The notes under the pieces were generated by a model. It was not told the origin of the DNA. It worked only from the letters and a program-made list of their open reading frames with translations, and searched no databases. From the IMG/VR virus record IMGVR_UViG_3300027969_003010, positions 6,856 to 70,855 of that record: a stretch of DNA of 64,000 nt, one strand, 5' to 3'. Each line of letters begins with the position of its first letter. Positions within the stretch are counted from its first letter, which is position 1. This stretch comes from a virus. A program made the position numbers and the translations under genes. Positions 41,350 to 50,923 of this stretch are shown here, piece by piece.

Positions 41350-41812
41350 TCCAATTCTTAAGCAACCAGCAGAACAATGGGACTTTGAGAACCATGTTAA
41401 TGCGGCTGTTATAGAACGTGAGATGCTAGATCTGATGAAAGCTAGCAATGCTATTGGCCTGGCTGGAAATCAAGTTGGTTTGTTGCGCAAGGTGTTTGTT
41501 ATGCGTACTACAGACGGACGTGAGTTTGGATGTTTTAATCCATGGATCATGTTTGGCGATAACGACAAGATAGAAGGCGAGGAAGGTTGTTTAAGTTTTC
41601 CAAATCTCTGGCTTAAAGTCGCACGACACAATAAAATTACTGCCAGCTATCTTGACAATACAGGCAAACCGTGTATAATAGAATTAGAGGGCATTGATGC
41701 AAGATGCTTCCAACATGAACTGGATCATTTAAATGGGGTAACATTTACAGAATATGTAAGTGATTTAAAATTAAAGATGGCACGGAAAAAACAAAGGAAA
41801 TTAAATGGTTGA
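41324..41812 (+). CDS. def: Peptide deformylase
   Basis: IGLAGNQVG, EGCLSFP, QHELDHL. Confidence 0.93.
   Translation: MLKLHKEDDPILKQPAEQWDFENHVNAAVIEREMLDLMKASNAIGLAGNQVGLLRKVFVMRTTDGREFGCFNPWIMFGDNDKIEGEEGCLSFPNLWLKVARHNKITASYLDNTGKPCIIELEGIDARCFQHELDHLNGVTFTEYVSDLKLKMARKKQRKLNG
41652..41679 (+). promoter_or_regulatory. Internal sigma70-type promoter, probably for clpA
   Basis: TTGACA-16bp-TATAAT inside def. Confidence 0.5.
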
Positions 41813-44090
41813 ACCAAGCGACAATCTACAAGCGGTTTTTGAAAAAGCTATTGAAACAGCTAAAAATCTTAACCACGAATATTTAACTATCGAACACTTG
41901 TTGTTTGCTATGTTGTGCGAAGAATCCTTTGCAAATGCTATTCAGGGATACGGAAGTGATCCAGAATATATTAAAAAGAATCTTGAACATTATCTAAAAA
42001 ATAAATGTGACGAAATTACTGCTGGCGGGCCAGTAGCAAAACCAAAGAAAACTCAAGTAGTTGAACGTGTTCTTAATAAGGCATTTACACAAGTCTTATT
42101 CAACGGACGTCAACGTATTGAGAGTACAGATGTATTTCTAGCTATGATGAGCGAGAAACGTAGCTGGGCGCACTTTTATATTCAGCAAGCTGAAATTGAT
42201 AAAGAAAAATTCGCCGATTTCATTAATAATAACTTAGAAGGCGAAGCTGAAGAAGAGATGGAACAAGGTGACATTCAAGGTAACAAGGCGCTAAAAGCGT
42301 TTACAACAAATCTAAACGATAGTGTTAAGAAAAATAAAATTGATCCAGTTATTGGAAGGATTGATGAATTAGAAAATATTGCGCTAGCCATGGGCCGTCG
42401 AAGTAAAAATAATGTGATCCTTGTTGGTGACCCAGGTGTAGGTAAGACTGCTATTGCAGAAGGACTTGCTTATAACATTGTTAAAGGTGCTGTTCCAGAT
42501 TTCCTTAAAGAGTATCAAGTATATAATTTGGACATCAGTGCTATGCTTGCTGGTAGTAAGTACCGCGGCGACTTTGAAGAACGCTTTAAGCTAGTACTCA
42601 AAGGATTGGCTAAGAAAGGCAAGACTATCTTGTTTATCGATGAAGCACACATGATTAGCGGTGCGGGCAGTGCAAGTAACTCAGCTAACGACTTGAGCAA
42701 CATGATGAAGCCTGCACTAAGCAAAGGCACTATCAAAGTTGTAGCAAGTACTACATGGGAAGAGTATCGTAAGCACTTTGAAAAGGATCGTGCATTGATG
42801 CGCCGTTTCCAACGTATTACTGTTGACGAGCCAACACAAGAAGTTACTATGCAGATTCTTAAAGGTATTAAAAAATACTACGAAGAACATCATAAAGTTA
42901 AAATTAAAGACGAAGCATTACAGGAAGCTATCAAATTGTCTGTCAAGTATCAAGCAGATAAGAAATTACCAGATAAGGCAATTGACTTAATTGACGTTGC
43001 ATGTTCACGGTTTAATCTAAAAATGCCTGATAGCGAACGTATTGTTAACAGTGAAGGCATACGGTTTGAACTTGCTAAGATGGTTAAAATTCCAGAAGAA
43101 GTTGTTGCCGAACAAGAAAGCGAAGGACTTGTTAATTTACAAGATCACCTGTCAAAAGAAGTATACGGTCAAGATACAGCCTTACAAGAAGTTGTGGACA
43201 AGATTGTTGTTGCACAAGCTGGATTGAAATCAGAGAACAAACCCATTGGATCATTTGTATTCATGGGCCCAACTGGTACAGGTAAAACTGAAACTGCTAA
43301 GGCACTTGCTAAACACATGGGCACTAAACTGTTGCGTTTTGACATGTCAGAGTATCAAGAAAAACATAGCATCTCTAAGCTGATTGGTAGTCCTCCGGGT
43401 TATGTTGGCTTTGAAGAAAATGCTGGCTTGTTGATTACACAAATTCAAGAAAACCCTAATGCTGTTCTACTGTTTGATGAAGTTGAAAAATCACATCCAG
43501 ACGTAAGCACGATATTGTTACAAATGATGGATAACGGTTTTATTACTGGTTCAAATGGTAAACAAGCTGACTGTCGTCAACTTATCCTTATCCTAACAAC
43601 AAACGCTGGCGCACAGTCTGCTGAAAAGAACGCAATTGGCTTTGGTGCACAGGAAAAAGACTATAGCGATGCAGATTTGAAGAAATTCTTAACACCGGAG
43701 TTCCGAAATCGTTTAGATGGTATTATTACATTCAAGAAACTTGGCAAACCAGTTATGGTTAAGATTGTCAACAAGTTCATCGACGAAATGCGTGAGCAGG
43801 TTAAAACCAAAGGCATCCGTATTAAAATTAATAACGAAGCAATTGATTGGTTAATTGAAAAAGGCTTCGATGCTAAGATGGGTGCTCGTCCGTTACAACG
43901 CACCATTGACAAGGAAATTAAACGTGACCTTGCTCGTATGATATTGTTTGGCGAACTCAAGAACGGCGGATGGTTACATATTAGTGTAGAAGAGGATAAA
44001 ATTTTGCTTACAGCAAAAATTAAAACTCCAAAACTACCGCTAGTTGTAACTGAAGCTGAGACGGTTACTATAACAGAAAATGAAGTATAA
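41805..44090 (+). CDS. clpA: ATP-dependent Clp protease ATP-binding subunit ClpA
   Basis: Clp N-domain, two Walker A motifs (GDPGVGKT, GPTGTGKT), IGSPPGYVG, IGF ClpP-docking loop, no long ClpB middle domain. Confidence 0.92.
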   Translation: MVEPSDNLQAVFEKAIETAKNLNHEYLTIEHLLFAMLCEESFANAIQGYGSDPEYIKKNLEHYLKNKCDEITAGGPVAKPKKTQVVERVLNKAFTQVLFNGRQRIESTDVFLAMMSEKRSWAHFYIQQAEIDKEKFADFINNNLEGEAEEEMEQGDIQGNKALKAFTTNLNDSVKKNKIDPVIGRIDELENIALAMGRRSKNNVILVGDPGVGKTAIAEGLAYNIVKGAVPDFLKEYQVYNLDISAMLAGSKYRGDFEERFKLVLKGLAKKGKTILFIDEAHMISGAGSASNSANDLSNMMKPALSKGTIKVVASTTWEEYRKHFEKDRALMRRFQRITVDEPTQEVTMQILKGIKKYYEEHHKVKIKDEALQEAIKLSVKYQADKKLPDKAIDLIDVACSRFNLKMPDSERIVNSEGIRFELAKMVKIPEEVVAEQESEGLVNLQDHLSKEVYGQDTALQEVVDKIVVAQAGLKSENKPIGSFVFMGPTGTGKTETAKALAKHMGTKLLRFDMSEYQEKHSISKLIGSPPGYVGFEENAGLLITQIQENPNAVLLFDEVEKSHPDVSTILLQMMDNGFITGSNGKQADCRQLILILTTNAGAQSAEKNAIGFGAQEKDYSDADLKKFLTPEFRNRLDGIITFKKLGKPVMVKIVNKFIDEMREQVKTKGIRIKINNEAIDWLIEKGFDAKMGARPLQRTIDKEIKRDLARMILFGELKNGGWLHISVEEDKILLTAKIKTPKLPLVVTEAETVTITENEV

Positions 44091-44718
44091 AGAGACACGT
44101 AGTTTATTTTTAAGAAAATACCAGTACAAAATAGCACTGGTATGTTCAAGTGCAACTCTGTTCAGGGGAGGCGATATTGATAATGTCGTTATGGAATTGG
44201 CAAAAATTGATGTTAAGCACCCTGAACATTTTTCCTATTGGGCCAGTCGAATTAAATCTACCGAAGACTTAGAATACGTGAGATCGTTGTGTCAGGATTT
44301 AAAAAAGATTACAGACTACGAGTTACGTGTAGAACAGCCCATTATCAACATTTACACTAACGATATTAAATCAGTTAAGTTATTTGAAAAGAAATACCCT
44401 GATACTATTAAGTTTATCAGTAAACCAGCAGAAAATAGTGTATTAACTAGCGATACTATCATCATGAATAAGATGAATTTTGATTATCGCATTACCATGG
44501 GCGCAACTAAACAAGAATACAGTACATTTGTGGAATGGGCTGAAAATAATGCTAAAATCAAGCTAACTAAAAGCTGTACACGAGATTTGAACCGTAACAA
44601 AAGTTGGGGAGGTACACACTTCTATGTAACGGGCGATAACAACTTACTCATGACTAAGATGCATTTAGGCGGTACTATAAGCAAGGTACAGCGTATTATA
44701 CACCAGGCCGAAGTATAA
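44080..44718 (+). CDS. Hypothetical protein
   Basis: 212-aa ORF overlapping the clpA stop. Confidence 0.7.
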   Translation: MKYKETRSLFLRKYQYKIALVCSSATLFRGGDIDNVVMELAKIDVKHPEHFSYWASRIKSTEDLEYVRSLCQDLKKITDYELRVEQPIINIYTNDIKSVKLFEKKYPDTIKFISKPAENSVLTSDTIIMNKMNFDYRITMGATKQEYSTFVEWAENNAKIKLTKSCTRDLNRNKSWGGTHFYVTGDNNLLMTKMHLGGTISKVQRIIHQAEV

Positions 44719-44737
44719 AAGACATTTTGTGTATTAC

Positions 44738-44775
44738 GATAAATACTCTAACTGCCCCAGTTAGGGTATTTTTTT
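44738..44775 (+). terminator. Terminator overlapping a late promoter
   Basis: 14-bp stem AAATACTCTAACTG-ccc-CAGTTAGGGTATTT plus T-run; GATAAATA at 44738-44745. Confidence 0.7.
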
Positions 44776-44792
44776 GATAAACGGGCCAAAAT

Positions 44793-45167
44793 ATGCGTAT
44801 AAATGAACTTTGCGAAAGCGTTGACTTAGAATTAGGTAAAGAAGCCAAGGACCCAAATGATCCACACGGATTAGGGTTTGATTTAAAGGACGACTTAATA
44901 TTCTTTATGCATCACGATGATGATGCATATCGCCGTCATACGTTTCCAGCTATATTAAAAATTAAAGACCAATTAGATGCTGGTAAAAAACCAGATTACA
45001 AGTTATTTGACAAAGCTGTTAAAGAAGCATACAATAAGTATTGTACTAAATTTCAAATAAGAGAACTACCTTACGAATTAGAACAAGGCATGTTAGATGA
45101 AATGTGCCAACATATCTATGAAGAGGAATGTGGAAAAATTAAAGACGGGCATTACAAGGATCAATAA
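44793..45167 (+). CDS. Hypothetical protein, putative virion internal protein
   Basis: MRINELCES N-terminus; follows a late promoter. Confidence 0.65.
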   Translation: MRINELCESVDLELGKEAKDPNDPHGLGFDLKDDLIFFMHHDDDAYRRHTFPAILKIKDQLDAGKKPDYKLFDKAVKEAYNKYCTKFQIRELPYELEQGMLDEMCQHIYEEECGKIKDGHYKDQ

Positions 45168-46382
45168 GTGTTACTCAGAGAATTATTTGTTCGAGAAGTT
45201 GCTGAGGAAAAGGCGCCAGTACAACTAGGGCGGCCATTCAACCATCCCGAACACTGGGTGATCTTTCACGGTGTAAGCGGCGTCCTTGAAGCACTACAAC
45301 ATTTTGACGAAATCAAAGCAGAGCCCAAACAGTTACGATTCAAGTGGGATGGCAATCCTCAGATCTATTGGGGCAGAGAACAAGCGGGCGGCCCATTAAT
45401 TTTAGCAGGACATAATGGTTGGGGCAAAGGTGGTCGCAACACTGGCACCACAATGGATGATTTTACTAGTCCAGAAGCTGTTAAGAATTTTATTCTTAAC
45501 AAAAGCGGGGAAGGTGCAAAGGGACAAGAGATAACTCCTGAGCGCAAACGTTTTGCAGAAGAGTTTGCAAGTTTATATCCTACATTTGACGCGGCCACTC
45601 CTAAAGACTTTGTAGGGTTTATATATGCAGATGCTATTTTTATGCCTGCTACTAAACCTAAAGTGGATGAAAGTGGTGTATACAACATGCATCCTAACCC
45701 GCATAGTGCTACCGGGTATCATGTTAGCAAAGACAGTGAGTTAGGTAAACGTATAGCAGGTGCAAAACTTATGATTGCGGCTCACGGCACATTTGATACA
45801 TTTGGAGCCCCGGATGCTGAACAAAAACCTAAAGATGACTTTAGTGATTTTAACGGAACACCCGGATTAATTGTATTAGATCCAATTTATAACGGCACTG
45901 CACCGTCTAATGCAAAAAGTGGTGAAGAACTTATTGCTAAGAAAGATGTGGTATCAAAACAAACATGGTTAGAACAGAATGGTCAAAAAATTGATCAATT
46001 TGTTGGCAGTGTTTCCCGTACAGACAAGAATGGAATTTTTTATCCATTCTTGAATCAAAAAAATGCGGCTGGTACATTTGAACAAATTAACTCAAAGGTG
46101 TTTTTTGATTGGATGGCAGAACCTCAAGCAAATGGTAAACCTCGTGTGTCGTTACCCAAGCAACAAGTAATATATCAACTAGAACAACAAACTGGTGCTT
46201 TGGACGAAGTATTTCATGCTATGAAAGTTATTAGAGATATTAAACACGACATATACAAAATAACAAACGATACACACGATGCTGATGTTTGGGCCACAAA
46301 CAGCGAAGGTTTTGTTCGCTATGCTCAACCGCATCACAAACATGGTAATATGAAAATTGTTGCACCAGGGTGGAAAAATTGA
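45168..46382 (+). CDS. Putative ATP-dependent ligase-fold nucleotidyltransferase
   Basis: FKWDG (motif I KxDG), IYADAIF (III-like), EGFV (IV), MKIV (V); GTG start. Confidence 0.5.
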   Translation: MLLRELFVREVAEEKAPVQLGRPFNHPEHWVIFHGVSGVLEALQHFDEIKAEPKQLRFKWDGNPQIYWGREQAGGPLILAGHNGWGKGGRNTGTTMDDFTSPEAVKNFILNKSGEGAKGQEITPERKRFAEEFASLYPTFDAATPKDFVGFIYADAIFMPATKPKVDESGVYNMHPNPHSATGYHVSKDSELGKRIAGAKLMIAAHGTFDTFGAPDAEQKPKDDFSDFNGTPGLIVLDPIYNGTAPSNAKSGEELIAKKDVVSKQTWLEQNGQKIDQFVGSVSRTDKNGIFYPFLNQKNAAGTFEQINSKVFFDWMAEPQANGKPRVSLPKQQVIYQLEQQTGALDEVFHAMKVIRDIKHDIYKITNDTHDADVWATNSEGFVRYAQPHHKHGNMKIVAPGWKN

Positions 46383-47707
46383 AAGCATATCACTTAACAG
46401 AATCTGAACAAGATCAAGCGGCTATTATATTTGGTCGATTTAATCCTCCGCACTTTGGTCACAGAGCCGCGTGGGATATTGCGGCTGAATTTCCTATTTG
46501 GTACGTTGGCACAAATCAAAGTACACAGGGTCCTAAAGATCCCCTTCCATTTGATATCAAAATGGAAGCTATGAAAACGTTTATGCCTGAATTAGAAGAT
46601 CACTTAGTAGCAGAACAAAGTTGGTTTACTCTAGCATCGATGGTTTATAAACAACATGGTGCTGTTACATTGCACATTGTTACAGATGCAAATGATGCAA
46701 AAATATTTGTACCTGCACTACAAAAACAAAACGGTTTGGAAGGCCCGCACGGATTTTACAAATTTAACGATATCGTTTGGGCTGAAGCAAAAAGACAAAG
46801 CGAAGCAAGCAAGGTTAGACAAGCAGTTAAAGACAATAATCCACAAGACTTTGAAACATATTCAGGAGTATCTGCTAATACAGAAGTAGCAGGACATCCT
46901 TATTTCACCTTAGTAAGACATTTTATGATGCCTTACATGCAAGCTGAAATAGATAAAGAAAAGCAAAAAGCCGAAAGAGAAAGACTTAAAGCTGAAAAAG
47001 AACAACAAAAAGCAGAGAAGGCCGCTTTGAAACAACAAAAAGCAAAAGGTCCAGCGCAAGAGTTAGCAGAGTCACAGCGTATGAGTGCGCAAGTTAAATT
47101 ACAACGTGCATGGGAACGCGAGCAAGCTAAATCAACTGCTAGTCGCCAACGTGCTGACCAAGCTAAAGCTGAGTTTGAAAAAGAATGGAAAACCAAGCAA
47201 GAAAAAGAAAAACAAAGTGTGGCAGAAGTAAAACAACGTTTAGACCCTAAGTGCTGGAAAGGCAAACACAAAGAAGGTACTAAGATCAAAGGCGGCATCA
47301 GAGTTAATAACTGTGTGCCTAATGAAGGACGAATACGTATTGGTCAGGCGCTAGAACAAATTTACGAAGCTAAAGCTCGTGAATCATTAAAGAAATTTGA
47401 ACAAGATGCAATCCCAGGCATGACTGTATATGACTCTTTAAATAATAGTGATTCGTATGCTTCTTATAGATTCGGAGTAGCACTAGCACCGAGCCCAGAG
47501 TTCACTGACATGTCTAAGAAAAGTGCTCTAGCAAATTCTTTTGCTATGATTGATTACACTGATGCAGATGCACAAATTCGCAAAGGCGCTGAAAAAACAA
47601 TGGGTGTTAAATCAAGTTCCAGTACTTCGGCCAAATCCAAAGAGCTAGAAGATACCAACAAACTAAGCCCAGTTGCCGCAACTAAACGTAATAAATACGG
47701 TATATGA
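46379..47707 (+). CDS. Cytidylyltransferase-like (HxGH) nucleotidyltransferase fused to low-complexity/virion modules
   Basis: FGRFNPPHFGH, KDPLPFDIK; then a charged coil and a CWKG...NCVP module; probable TTG start at 46379 (ORF track gives GTG at 46370). Confidence 0.7.
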   Translation: MKAYHLTESEQDQAAIIFGRFNPPHFGHRAAWDIAAEFPIWYVGTNQSTQGPKDPLPFDIKMEAMKTFMPELEDHLVAEQSWFTLASMVYKQHGAVTLHIVTDANDAKIFVPALQKQNGLEGPHGFYKFNDIVWAEAKRQSEASKVRQAVKDNNPQDFETYSGVSANTEVAGHPYFTLVRHFMMPYMQAEIDKEKQKAERERLKAEKEQQKAEKAALKQQKAKGPAQELAESQRMSAQVKLQRAWEREQAKSTASRQRADQAKAEFEKEWKTKQEKEKQSVAEVKQRLDPKCWKGKHKEGTKIKGGIRVNNCVPNEGRIRIGQALEQIYEAKARESLKKFEQDAIPGMTVYDSLNNSDSYASYRFGVALAPSPEFTDMSKKSALANSFAMIDYTDADAQIRKGAEKTMGVKSSSSTSAKSKELEDTNKLSPVAATKRNKYGI

Positions 47708-47997
47708 AACAATACAGAATTACAAGCCAGGATTTAAATCAAGATAGTCCAGATGACTGCTATCTTGCGCCAGACGATCCTGTACAAGAATTAAAAATAC
47801 TATCAGGTATGGGCGGACTGGGTGGCAATGCTAGACTGCACGAGTATCGTGCAAGCCAAGGAAGCAATATCAGCGTTACCGGCAACGAAAACGGACGCAT
47901 ACAGCGAGAAAAAAACATACAACCAGGAACTCCAGAATGGTTTAAACTATGGTTCGGTTTACCGTACATGACTGGAGAAAAGAAAAATGAGAGCTAA
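47704..47997 (+). CDS. Hypothetical protein
   Basis: Coupled ORF; NIQPGTPEWFKLWF motif. Confidence 0.7.
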   Translation: MKQYRITSQDLNQDSPDDCYLAPDDPVQELKILSGMGGLGGNARLHEYRASQGSNISVTGNENGRIQREKNIQPGTPEWFKLWFGLPYMTGEKKNES

Positions 47998-48337
47998 AGA
48001 ATTTTTAAAAGAAACCAATAAAACAGGACAAGTACGTAACGGTTTGAAACAAAGCGGCCCTTATGCCAAACGCTACGACGAGCTGGATACATTTTACGAT
48101 ATGTATCGTTTAGGTATTGCTTTAGCAAACGACAAAGCACCTAGTCGTGGTGTGGTGTCAAATAGCCCAACAGTTTGGGTTCGTAATGATGAAGAAGCTG
48201 AAATGCTGACAAATGCAGAACGTACCATGGGAATTAAAGGAACTGTAGTAGTGCCGCAAGGCGACAGTGACGAATACCCTGATACTAACGATACAAGTCC
48301 CGTAGCAAGTATCAAGCGCAATAGGTACGGTGTATAA
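47987..48337 (+). CDS. Putative internal head protein
   Basis: MRAKEFLKE N-terminus; paralogous to the C-terminus of the 46379 protein. Confidence 0.7.
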   Translation: MRAKEFLKETNKTGQVRNGLKQSGPYAKRYDELDTFYDMYRLGIALANDKAPSRGVVSNSPTVWVRNDEEAEMLTNAERTMGIKGTVVVPQGDSDEYPDTNDTSPVASIKRNRYGV

Positions 48338-48549
48338 TGCGAGCTAAAGAATTTATTAGCGAAACTGCTAGTGCAGGTGCTACTAGCTCAGGAAGCATAG
48401 CGACCGTAGTAAATCCCAACATTGCAGGTGGTGTAAACAACGCCAAACCACCTAAAATTATGCAGAAAAAGCATAAAAACGGCACTGCCGTTAATGCCTT
48501 AGATATGATGGGAGTCAGCCTATTTGGCGGCGAAACCATTAAAAGATAA
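48337..48549 (+). CDS. Putative internal head protein
   Basis: MRAKEFISE N-terminus. Confidence 0.7.
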   Translation: MRAKEFISETASAGATSSGSIATVVNPNIAGGVNNAKPPKIMQKKHKNGTAVNALDMMGVSLFGGETIKR

Positions 48550-48575
48550 ATATTACAAGTTAACGGAGTCCTCAA

Positions 48576-49631
48576 ATGGCCAAACAAGATCTATATAAAA
48601 CAGCTCAACAAAGTACTAAACTTTTCAAATTAATCCAAGATGAAAATCTATTAGAAAGTTGGGTTAAAAACAAAATTATCAGTGCCGCAGAAGATATTTC
48701 TACGGTATATCAGTATTTGAACTACGAAAAACAGTTCAAAGAATACAGTCAAATGATTGCTGAAAGTACAAACCTAAGCGAGGGCAAACGTGCTTTGTTA
48801 ACTAGCAAACTTGCAGAAGCTAAAGAAAAAGTTAAAGAGCTTAAGAAAAAAGCCGCCAAAGAAAAGTCCGAAAAAATGGACGAAGATAAAGACGAAATGA
48901 AAGTTGGCGATACAAAGAAAACACGCACAGGTGAATTGACAAAGACTAGCACAGGTGTTGTACATAAGAACACTAGCTACCATGATGACGGTGATGAAAT
49001 TGCTTCAAACGCTAAATCAGGTAAAGGTGTTAAGAGCCATGCTAAAGCGCAGTCAGCCGCTGAGAAGAAAGAACAAGCTCCAAAATTAAAACAAAGTCCT
49101 AAGAGTGCTAAGACATGGGGCATGAAAGACAACGAGAAATTTGACAACCGTGATAAAGAAGTTGATGAAGGTTCATACTTAGGTAAGAAATTAACTGCTG
49201 AAGCTAAGATGTGCCCAATTTGCAAGAAAGATCCTTGCAAGTGCGGTAAAGGTAATACTAAAAAGAAAACTGTTAAAGAAGCTGACTTAGGTAAGCACAA
49301 CAACGGTAAGACAACTGGATTCAAAGCAGTTGCTAAAGCCGCTGGTGGTGGTGAGAAAGGTAAAAAAATTGCTGGCGCACAACTAGCTAAAATGAAAGCA
49401 TCTGGTAAAATTAAAGAAGCTATTGCTCGTGCTAAAGATGTATTAGAAGGCAAAGGCAAGAAAGGCGACGGTAACTTAGCTAATAATGCTAAACCTTACG
49501 ACAAAGTAACACGCGGTGATGTTATCGCTGGACGTCTTGGTAAAGACGAAAAAGGCGGCAAGAAAGAAGTTGTTAAGGAATCTACAGAGCTAGATCGCAT
49601 GAAAACTATCATGCATCGTTTAAACGGATAA
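48576..49631 (+). CDS. Lys-rich putative prohead core / internal protein
   Basis: Highly charged, many xxE sites, GATAAATA upstream. Confidence 0.65.
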   Translation: MAKQDLYKTAQQSTKLFKLIQDENLLESWVKNKIISAAEDISTVYQYLNYEKQFKEYSQMIAESTNLSEGKRALLTSKLAEAKEKVKELKKKAAKEKSEKMDEDKDEMKVGDTKKTRTGELTKTSTGVVHKNTSYHDDGDEIASNAKSGKGVKSHAKAQSAAEKKEQAPKLKQSPKSAKTWGMKDNEKFDNRDKEVDEGSYLGKKLTAEAKMCPICKKDPCKCGKGNTKKKTVKEADLGKHNNGKTTGFKAVAKAAGGGEKGKKIAGAQLAKMKASGKIKEAIARAKDVLEGKGKKGDGNLANNAKPYDKVTRGDVIAGRLGKDEKGGKKEVVKESTELDRMKTIMHRLNG

Positions 49632-49635
49632 TACT

Positions 49636-50469
49636 ATGGACATGAAGAAAATTCTTCAGGCCTTAGATAGTACCGCAAGTAAACCAGTAGAAGGGTCTGA
49701 CAACATGAAGCAATTTCTGTCCATAGTGACAGAAGGTGCCAATCCGCATAAAGTTACATTGCCTGTTCAAATGGCCATGCAACATTATGCGGAGCCAGTT
49801 GTTGCTCAGCCAAAAACAATTAAAGAAGTTAAAAAGACAGCAATGTCCAGCATGTTGTATCAATACTATACAAATGCAGAACATCGATTAGCCGAAGAAG
49901 ATAACACCAAAAAAGAAATTATTAGTGAACAAGCTAGACGTATTGCAGATCGTATTCTTAAAAGAAAAGAAGAGAAACCCGTGGCGGAATCATTCAATCC
50001 CGAATATGATGACGAAGCTGGTATGGCTCAGGGCAGTTTGCATACATTGAAGCGAGCAGTAGACGGGTTAATGAACACCATTGAAGATAAAGAAAATCTT
50101 CCAGAATGGTGTCAAGAAAAAATTTCCCTAGCTGAAGATTATCTTGTTACTGTTTGGGATTATTTACAAAGCGAAGAAGCACAAGGTATGCAGGAAGGTC
50201 GACGTAATTACGATGACAACCGCACAGGTTTTGGTCGGCGCGAACGTGAAGATGACGAGTATCATGTTCCAGATCCTGTAGACAATCGAATAGCATATAA
50301 AGTTATTGCCACTGTAACTACACAAGATGGCGGTGAAGAAAAGAAAGGTGTCACAGTAAAAACTACCGGCGGTCCAAAACATGCTGAAACAGTTGCTACA
50401 AAACATTTAGAAAATGCTGGTTTACAAGTAACTGGCATTGTTAGTGTACACGATACGGGCCCGGTGTAA
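49636..50469 (+). CDS. Putative internal head protein
   Basis: Shares the LxxWxxxKIxxAxxxxxxVxxYL module with the 48576 protein. Confidence 0.65.
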   Translation: MDMKKILQALDSTASKPVEGSDNMKQFLSIVTEGANPHKVTLPVQMAMQHYAEPVVAQPKTIKEVKKTAMSSMLYQYYTNAEHRLAEEDNTKKEIISEQARRIADRILKRKEEKPVAESFNPEYDDEAGMAQGSLHTLKRAVDGLMNTIEDKENLPEWCQEKISLAEDYLVTVWDYLQSEEAQGMQEGRRNYDDNRTGFGRREREDDEYHVPDPVDNRIAYKVIATVTTQDGGEEKKGVTVKTTGGPKHAETVATKHLENAGLQVTGIVSVHDTGPV

Positions 50470-50472
50470 AAT

Positions 50473-50919
50473 ATGGATGAATTAGTCAAAGCAATGAAGA
50501 TAGCGTTTGCTAGTGAGAATGTCTACTATGTTAAGGCATCATCATTCCATTGGAATATAGAAGGACACAATTTTCCTCAATATCATACTTTACTAGATAC
50601 CATCTATACGGAAGTATACAATGCACGTGACGGGTTTGCTGAAAATATTCGTAAACTAGGTTCATACGCACTTGGTAGCAATAGTTCATATATCAAATAC
50701 AGCGCAATACAAGAAAGTAATGAAGTACCAGAGCCACAAGCTATGCTTGCCGAACTACTAGCAGATAGTGAAAAAATTGCTAATTTTTTAAAAATTGTAT
50801 TCGATCTTGCAGAGCAAAACGGCGAGCACGGGCTAAGTAATTTTATAGCTGATCGACAAGATGCACATAAAAAACATGCATGGATGTTGCGTAGTACATT
50901 AAAGACAACAGGAATATAA
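50473..50919 (+). CDS. dps: Dps / ferritin-like DNA-protection protein
   Basis: FHWNIEGHNFPQYH, DGFAENIRKLG, HKKHAWMLRS. Confidence 0.88.
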   Translation: MDELVKAMKIAFASENVYYVKASSFHWNIEGHNFPQYHTLLDTIYTEVYNARDGFAENIRKLGSYALGSNSSYIKYSAIQESNEVPEPQAMLAELLADSEKIANFLKIVFDLAEQNGEHGLSNFIADRQDAHKKHAWMLRSTLKTTGI

Positions 50920-50923
50920 TATT

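Noticed and set aside
46368-46382. Possible -1 frameshift fusing the ligase-like and HxGH proteins at GAAAAAT
   Set aside because: Not a canonical slippery heptamer; a TTGA stop/start overlap giving MKAYHLTE explains it more simply.
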